A stretch of 63,059 nt of DNA, counting the filler, from Collodictyon triciliatum (taxonomy: Eukaryota): NCBI GenBank assembly GCA_043381765.1. It is 9 parts of 9 records of this genome, joined end to end, with 100 filler letters (N's around TTAATTAATTAA, not from the genome) between each part and the next. Parts side by side here need not be neighbours in the genome. Positions count along the whole stretch, not along the records: positions 54,147 to 59,434 come from JBHJMP010003813.1; positions 59,535 to 63,059 come from JBHJMP010003827.1; 7 more parts are not named here. The stretch is one strand, 5' to 3'. This document shows, piece by piece, positions 54,709 to 63,059 of the stretch (the stretch's first letter is position 1; each line of letters opens with the position of its first letter). The notes beneath the pieces are model-generated. The model saw only the letters and a list, made by a program, of their open reading frames with translations, did no database searches and was not told the DNA's origin. Made by a program: the position numbers and the translations under genes.

Positions 54709-56435
54709 TTAAGGTTTAAAGCAAGCATCAATGGTCATAGCGGGTTGAAAAGGACAATAGTAGCTCAAAGGTGGAACTTTGTGAAGCCTATTGTCGATTT
54801 GATTGGATGGATTCTTTTGTTCTTTGCCCCATATTTGATATATATGCGTAACATTGGCATGATGAAGCCCGATGTTATTTTCACAAACGTTGATTTGATA
54901 TCCAAGACCCTGTCGTACAGTTTAGTTAATCAAAATGTGCCAATATTTGATTGGTTAAAATATGCGCACATGGGTGACACTAAAATTCAAATCAAAAGCT
55001 AAATCATAGTTGGAATTACATTCGGATTATTATGTGGTTGAGACATAATTCTATCATCATGGTAGTATTCAACGCCGGTTCCTTGAGTCCACAGCACAAC
55101 TGATTGCCCGGTAGCACATTGGTGATCTAGTCCCGCTGTTTTCTTCATCACCATAAGGTTCCTTACAATGTCTCGAGACATGATAATAAACTGTTCGTCA
55201 AAACAGGAATCGACGTCTGAGCGACACCACACTTTTCCCACAACGTACTTCGTCCTTGGCGCGTGTGCCAATTCTCGGATGAGTCGATGATAGCAGAGAA
55301 AGAAGTCGGTATCGACCATCAAAAAGTAATCTACAATCGTAGGATTTAACTCACAAGAAGGAGTAAACTCGAATTTTTCTTGTGTGTTTCTTGCACGAAT
55401 GAAAAACAAACTACATCCTCTTCTTCTGATCAGAAAAAAAAAAGAAGAAAGGATAGATACCGTAGTCGTAATTGTCTTCGGCGAATTCCATAAAAGCTAC
55501 CGTTCTTTTTGTCATATCTGTCGACCACCCTACCCTCCCTTTCCATTGGAGGATGCATATATTATCAAAACAAGAATAAGCTCTGTCAGTGAGAATGAAA
55601 AGAAGCAAATATGTATGTACCACAAAAATTAGAGTATGTTCCAGTAGAATGCTGTAAAATAAAAATAAAAATAAATAAAAAAAAAGTGCCTAGAAACCTG
55701 GCACGAAGAACATATCGCGGTATATTTTGTGCTCTGCCAATTCTTTCTCACGCTCTGGGTGCCATTCTTCCTGAGAGAAAAAATTGAATGAAGTAGAGAT
55801 AAGTATCGGCTTTGTTTATATCTGGTTATTAAGTGCTAGTTCTTTTGTTGAATGAATTAAATCCTCAAATAAGACATAGACACTCTTTCATTTAGGACAA
55901 GCAAAAACAGAAAAAAAAAAAGAAATTGTGATACGTATGAATGAAAAAGAACGTTTGTGCCAAAAGACCACGCCGAAATAACGCATAAGCGGTGAGATTT
56001 AGATTGGCTCGAAAAGAAAAATCATACACTCTTCTGCTCGTGCGGAAGCCGACCTGGGTCGCCCACGAAGCGATATTTCAGGCACGAGCCTTTTGTCCAA
56101 GTCAGCCAAGTCTCTCGAAGAGCCCGTCTTCGTTGCTCATTCCCATTGTAGAAGCTGATGACAATGCATGGTGGTTCGCCAACAGGCCGAATATCCCACT
56201 TTCTAAGCGGTACTGTGTGGTTTTGACTGAGATGTTGTCTCGGGGAGGCGAGGCTGAGTGAGCGATATGCGGGAGACTCTGTTGCTGCGGCGCCAGGGGA
56301 AATCCAACTCGAAGTGTTGTTTATCTGCCCCAGTGAAATCCTACTCTGGGCGGTAAAGTACCACTGATATATAATGGCCGCGAGCGCACAGAATAGGACG
56401 GCTATGAGGGCAATTACCCTCCGTGTGACAGGCAT
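54709..56435 (-). CDS. GT31 (beta-1,3-galactosyltransferase/Fringe-like) type II membrane glycosyltransferase, 5 exons
   Basis: N-terminal TM, RRRALRETW, YRFVGD, YDYDYFLMVDTDFF (DxD), IMSRDIV, late GLHH; ends DACFKP*. The start could extend upstream. Confidence 0.8.
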
Positions 56436-56604
56436 TCCTTGTACTTTTTTTTTCCTTAGCCGCTTTCTTTGGCTTCTCCTATCGCTCGACCGTGGAGGCA
56501 ATCGCCTTGTTTTACTATGTCACATTTTGCACATGACTCTCGAATGGCGGTTTTAACATGGTTTATTTTGTTTGCTTATTTATTTGTTTTTGTTTGAAAG
56601 GTTC

Positions 56605-56694
56605 TTTCTGTTTACTTTTTTGTTTACTTTTTTGCTTACTTTTTTGAATACTTTTTTGTTTACTTTTTTGTTTACTTTTTTGTTTACTTTTTTG

Positions 56695-56776
<82 letters not shown>
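56605..56776. repeat. (TTTACTTTTTTG)n followed by a long poly-T
   Basis: Seen directly. Confidence 0.9.
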
Positions 56777-56777
<1 letters not shown>

Positions 56778-57389
56778 TCTGTTTTGTTTTGTAGGTTTTG
56801 AAAGATTCATTTCTTGTGTTTCTTTTTTATCACGAGGGTTCTCAACTCAGCTCGTCGCGCTTATTTTCCGGGCAGCACGAAAGGCTGGCGTTTCGAACCT
56901 GATGAGGTCGCGTTTCTTTCGCGTCTACTAGTTTGTTGGGGCGTGTTCATGAAGGCAGCGAAGCCGCACCCAATCATCGCAAAGCGTGTGAGGAAAAGGT
57001 CATTTTGTCTATGGTCCGGGCGAATGTAGTATGGCGCAAAGACAGGAAAAGAAACAAGAAACAAGAAAAACAAAAGCCAGATTCATAGATTGAGACTGAC
57101 GAGGAGTACGTGCGGTTGTTCTTTGCAATCACATACTATCTTCGTTATTTCCTCTTCCTTTTGTTGAACTCACTGTTGTACAATCTCTTTATCTTGATTG
57201 ATTTATGTGTATCCCGATTCCATATCAAATTCTTACTTTGGCGCGGGGTTGGGACGGCCGAAGCTGTTGTTATACTTCCATCATATTTCTTTCTTTCTTT
57301 TCATTTTTCTACATCAAAGCGGACTATGTAATAAAAAAAAAAAAAAAAGAAGACCGTGTAACTAATCCATCAGCGAATCTCGAGGGAAT

Positions 57390-59292
57390 TTAGATATGCT
57401 CTGGATCCTTTGTCAACAGGCCTGTTACACTGTCGTTTACAGCAGCTTTGACTTTTCTCTTCGAAGGTTTTGCGGTGGCAGTTTCTTTCGCAGGATCCTT
57501 GAGCTTTGGCGTTCGTTTGCTTGGAGTCTTTTTGGTCTTTCTTGCCGGCATTCCTGCGTCATTTGCCGTCTCCTGAGACGGTGCAATCCCCAACTGAAAA
57601 AAAGGCATCAGTATTAGATATTGAAGTCAAATCAATATGGCTTCAGGCTCGAAATGTGAGCATGAAGCAGATCTAGTATAGTATATATTAATCATTCATT
57701 CTTTACATATGAAAATATCATATTCAAATGATTCCCTCATATTCTCAAAAGGAAAATAGATATAACTTGGAGGGAACCCTCACATGCATTTTTTTTTTAA
57801 AAAAAAACGATGCGAATCGATGTTGTATCGATTTAAAAATAAAGTAAAAAAGGCGGGGAAAATAGGACCAGACCACATCAAGACTATGGCGTATGTTTAG
57901 GACGAGAGAAAGTAATGCTTACTCGACATTTATCAATGAAAGCATACAAAATAATTGTTGTTATTCGTGATTCATACCTGTTCCATTGCAGCTGGACTGA
58001 GAGGCTCCTTTTTCCCAGGTGTCGCTTTCATTCCAGACGGCAAAAGTATGAGTTGAGATTTGCAATAGCCACATCTTGCTTTGATAACATCGATGTTGTC
58101 TGAGCGGCGCCCATATCTAGAGCAAATGGGAAGCAACACGAATGGAATTGTTACAAAATGTCAGTCCTCAATAGAAAGATGATAAAAAAAATATATGACA
58201 TCATTGATTAATGACTATTCCTCGCAAAGTTATGTATGTAGGTGATTTAATAAAACTTTCCGCTCTTGGATGAGGAGCCATGGTAAAAGTAAAGATAAAT
58301 GATTAAGTGGAGCTTACGTGTATCCGCAGGATGGGTTCGTACATCTGTACAAATGCGTGTAGATAACATTATAATCATGACACCTTGATACAGGTATGTC
58401 GGGATATACCCTCGTCACAATCCGACCCCTGAAATATTATTTATGCTTAGCGAGGGTCGCGCCGTGTCAAAAGATGGGTTGGGAAGATTTAATACGTGAC
58501 AGTGATAGTCGACTAATATTATGCGAGGTGTGAGGCAGACCATCTATAAAATCTGCGACCGTGGGATTCGTATATGTCTTGGTTAATCAAAAGGACGGCA
58601 GCATGACACATTTCGTGGGCCAGGGTTGCTTTCATACGGTCTAGTATTCGGGCATGAAATTCGGCGATATGATTATTGGATAATTCTTTTTTTTCGACAA
58701 AACCAAAACCAAAACCAAAACCAAAACATTGCTGAAAGCATAATGTGCTTCCATATTAAATTAATTCTTTTTATTTATTTATTTATTTATTTATTTGTTT
58801 ATTTACATTTGTTTATTTGTTTATTTGCTTTTATATTAATATAAATTATGGTAATATGTGCATGAGTTAGAGGAATAGTCCATACCATAACGGTCTAATA
58901 AAGAATGGCTGAGAGAAATAGATGTCGTATACTATATGAAAAACAATTACAACCTATTCACAATAAAGTGCACATATGTATAATACAACCATCAATCAAT
59001 AAGTTAACATTTATGTAAAGCTCAAATTACGAATCAAATCTTTTGAATCATATGATAGAGGTACCATTCGATATTCCGAATGGAAATAATTCAAAGAGTT
59101 AAATAATCACCTTATTCAATTGTCGACGGGCTCGGAAGTAACCTGCAGCAGATTTCATGCGGGTGCTGTAGCTGATAGGCATATCAGCCGGAAGGCGGTT
59201 TTTGAACACGTTGTTGTTAAACTCTGCATACATCTCCCTTGTCAAAGATGCCCTTTGTTGGAGAAATTCTTCTCCTTCAGGGATGTTATCTC
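57390..59292 (-). CDS. SprT-family metalloprotease, GCNA/ACRC-like (5' partial)
   Basis: MYAEFNNNVFKNRLPADMPISYSTRMKSAAG, ISLSHSLLD, TLAHEMCHAA (HExxH), HGRRF, RCHDY, YRCTNPSCG..GRRS..RCGYCK Zn ribbon, Lys-rich tail. Confidence 0.88.
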
Positions 59293-59584
59293 CTGATTTA
59301 AGAGCGACGAGTTAGGGAATGAAAAGAAAAGTGGTGACATTTAAGACAACATGGAGTTTAGGGAATATATGTGTACAGCGCTTTCAGAAAACATTATGTC
59401 AGAAGACAAAAAAAAAAAAAAAAAAACAAAAAAANNNNNNNNNNNNNNNNNNNNNNNNNNNNNNNNNNNNNNNNNNNNTTAATTAATTAANNNNNNNNNN
59501 NNNNNNNNNNNNNNNNNNNNNNNNNNNNNNNNNNTTTTTTTTTTTTTTTTTTTTTTCTTTTTAAATTTTTTGATTAGGGGAAAT

Positions 59585-59618
<34 letters not shown>

Positions 59619-59631
59619 GATAATATTCTAG

Positions 59632-60273
59632 GTACTTGAGAATGAACTGTACACTGATATTCGAGATGCCAAACAGCATATGGTTGATGCAACATCAGCA
59701 TTACGCGGGTTAAAAGCTTTTGGGAAATTTCGTTTCGAGCCAACAGAGATCGAGCGTGTTCGTTCTTATCCTATTACATTCGTTTTTGCCCTAATTGCCA
59801 TAACCCTCATTNNNNNNNNNNNNNNNNNNNNNNNNNNNNNNNNNNNNNNNNNNNNNNNNNNNNNNNNNNNNNNNNNNNNNNNNNNNNNNNNNNNNNNNNN
59901 NNNNNNNNNNNNNNNNNNNNNNNNNNNNNNNNNNNNNNNNNNNNNNNNNNNNNNNNNNNNNNNNNNNNNNNNNNNNNNNNNNNNNNNNNNNNNNNNNNNN
60001 NNNNNNNNNNNNNNNNNNNNNNNNNNNNNNNNNNNNNNNNNNNNNNNNNNNNNNNNNNNNNGTGGTGAAGCTGGAGAGATCAACAGGGCCGAGTGTCCAG
60101 CCAAAGATCTGGGAGACTCACGAAATGACGGAGGTCAAATGCGAAAGTCTGCTAGAAACCGAACCAGAAGCAGAAGTGGAAGTGGAAGTAGACTTCGAAA
60201 CAGAGGCAGCTGAGGTGATTGAATATTTTGATGAGGCTGGAGATCTACGCGCGCAGAAGATGAGTGATGGCGG

Positions 60274-60315
<42 letters not shown>

Positions 60316-62648
60316 GAATCACAAAGAAGAAGAAGAAAACGACGACGACGAAAACGACGGTGATCATGATGATGATAGTTTGTCTATGTCATCATCTTCT
60401 CCTACCTCGGCATCGTCTTCTTCACCCTCCGAAAATGCACAAGAGACTGAACACTTGCGTGAGTTTCTATCAGAAAGCAAGTCTAATCCGTCGAGCCGGA
60501 TTTTGTCTCTGGAAGACGATGATACGTGTGCACAATTGTCAGAGCAGGCCATGAATGCAAGTGATCATGCAACTTTACGGTACTGGTCAGAGGCCGAGCT
60601 ACAATGCCTGCGCGAAATCCTGTTGCAGATTCGAGAACGCTACGGGGATGCGCATTTTGAGGTAGTTATGTGCTTCTTTGGACTATGTCATCCGCACCCT
60701 AACTCATATCATTTGAATCCTATTTGTTTTTGTATATTAAAGTTGAATCATGGTTTCAGATGAGTGAATTCGCTTTTTTTTTTCTTGTATACACATGAAA
60801 ATTCGTCTAATTTCTATGTATCAACCACCCTCTCCTTTCTTTGGAGCTATATATTAATACTACTCTATTGCAAAATGTAATGAAGATATTGAAGTTCTCA
60901 TCGACAAATGGATTTGTAATAAACTATTATAATGTATACAAATGAAGCAAATAGGACATCATGCAACAGACATTCCTATTTGGAAAAAAGCATCAGAGAA
61001 GATGACGCAAATGGGTCATGGAAGATCGTGGAGATCTATCAGGGATAAGTTTTACAGGATGTCGCGTTCAGTCCAGGTGTCATGAAAGTCATCGCATATG
61101 CTAAAAGTCCACCCATTTTTATTGACGCAATTAAATCACATTCGATATAGATATATATTCATAATATCATTTTTGAATAATAATAGTAAATTTAAGTTGC
61201 ATTTGTATAAGGTCATTGTGATATATGTTTAATTTTTAAAATGAATATTCCTATTAGTTATTTCATATGTATTCTAATAACTATGATATATCAATAATCA
61301 TAATTTATTTAAAAAAACTACAAAAATTAGAACAACATTCAGGTTATTGAAACACTTTTCTTGGGTATGTAATTCTCACATAATCGCTTATATGTAAACA
61401 TATATATTGACGGTAATGCTTCTTTTTTTTCTACTTTCATAAAATCATGTCTATTCTATATTTCAAATGTAGACACCATTTCAGTGCATATCATGATCTC
61501 GATTCTTTTAAACTACCTAGAACCATCTATTCGGGACTCCTTGCTTACTTCTAGATACCAAGGTTTATTGAAAAAAATAAAAGCCATCCTTGTAATTTTT
61601 TTCCAGAACGACTGATTTACTACAGCAATAATTTGTATTTTTCTATCTGTTATTTAAGAAGCCTGCTCCTAGATATTCTTTCTTTTCTTTTTATTAATTT
61701 TCTCATAGACTACAAAGCCAATCGCATAAAATGCACATGATAGATACAAACAATAACAAATCCATCATTTGAAAACAAAATAAGATGCAGTCATGTCTCT
61801 GATGCATTTCCAACATAAAATGTATTCTCATTTTTTTTCCCTTTCTCATCATATCACCCCACCGCGCATCTCTATGGATTCAAGACTCAAGAAATCGATC
61901 ACACAAGCTCCATTTACCCCAACCTCCGCTGGATGCAGCCACAAACTCGCGCCCGACCTTGAAGCCCAAACTGGTTTGCGACGGCTCAGTCCGCGCCAAG
62001 AAAACCGTCAGACGAAAACGCACGCAGAAAAGTGCTCGATCGCCATCGCATACCAGCCAGGCCGCGTCAAAGGCTCTCTGCACAAGCCCAGCCGATGCTA
62101 TTGTGTCCAATCGACACAAGATTACCAAACGCCGAGTCACACACATCCCATCCAAAGTCCGCTCCGCAAAGACCACGAAAATTGCATCCAACCCGAGGAA
62201 ACGACGCCCCGGTCGTCCAAAACAGAGCCTCCCAAGCAAATGCACCTCACGCAGTGAAACAACGCAGCAAGAGACCAGTGGAGTCATCGCACCAGCCGAA
62301 TCGAAGCCGCTGCAGGCCGGTGGAAACTGGGACAAGCACACACAGGTTGCGCAACCACAGAAAGCACCTGAAGAGGATGCAAATCAGTCTTTGGTAAAAA
62401 ACAGCGCCGATAGGGAATTTGCGCATCCACTTTTGAATGAAGATGCGGCCGAGTCTCGTATGCCATCTGCCACGCCAAATCTGCAAGGCAACAATGGATT
62501 TTCTCAAGCCTCGTCTGACGACCAGGCGTACTTTGAAGCCTTGAGCAGCATACGATACTCGATGAAATGCATTGTGGATGCGTATACAGCCCGCTCCGCT
62601 GTGCACAAGACAATCCAAACGCAGCCTCATCGCAGCCCACCGTCATGA
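59632..62648 (+). CDS. Acidic low-complexity protein with a Myb/SANT(trihelix)-like domain (partial, exon structure uncertain)
   Basis: YWSEAELQCLREIL (exon ending 60661) plus IPIWKKASEKMTQMGHGRSWRSIRDKFYRM (about 60948-61076); poly-Asp tract; basic last exon with an RRPGRPK AT-hook-like motif. Confidence 0.55.
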
Positions 62649-62922
62649 TTCACATATTTACCCATGATGGTATTGATAGTGCCTTATAAAGGACTCCGTA
62701 TGAATAAAGCTGAAGATTTACATAGCCTCATTTTAAATGTAAAAGAGGGGATTGTCTTGTTCAGTTAGTAGCCAGATAATCGATATCTCCATGTGATTCC
62801 TTCAGATTATTTTTTTGAAAAGAAAAAACAAAGTGTGTGGGGGGTCGTGTGAATGAATCAATTAAAGAAAGGCCTGTGTTACACGTACGTTATGGGGGAA
62901 ACGTCATACATCCGCACAATCA

Positions 62923-63020
<98 letters not shown>

Positions 63021-63059
63021 GAGAGGTTACATCAATTTTTTAAATAAAAAAAAATGCAT

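Overview
This is eukaryotic, intron-rich genomic DNA (GT-AG introns, standard code; no in-frame stops needed in any gene I could splice by hand), probably from a flagellated aerobic protist. The window is not one locus. Nine unrelated scaffolds are joined by eight artificial 100-bp linkers (44 N + TTAATTAATTAA + 44 N); seven are about 7.6 kb, and nearly all break at microsatellites. Gene neighbourhood is therefore meaningful only within a scaffold. Manual splicing supports about 20 full or partial genes: Cas1p/CASD1 O-acetyltransferase, EEF1AKMT4-like methyltransferase, RED/IK, PICH/ERCC6L, an EF-hand + Raw/NDT-like protein, BBS10, an Ig+PH (AIR9/SCAB-like) protein, LRR-PP2C, PKA regulatory subunit, SCAMP, a TVP38-like start, a Kelch protein, trimethyllysine dioxygenase, a bacterial-type patatin C-terminus, the XRN1 start, PDX1, two tandem intronless multi-pass membrane paralogues, a GT31 glycosyltransferase, a GCNA/SprT protease and a Myb-like protein. 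I found no rRNA, tRNA, CRISPR array or intact mobile element. The best leads are the EF-hand-Raw/NDT fusion, the uncharacterised intronless membrane pair, a protist BBS10, the intron-containing bacterial-type patatin and a SIM-rich extension on PICH. Family calls come from remembered motifs, not database searches.
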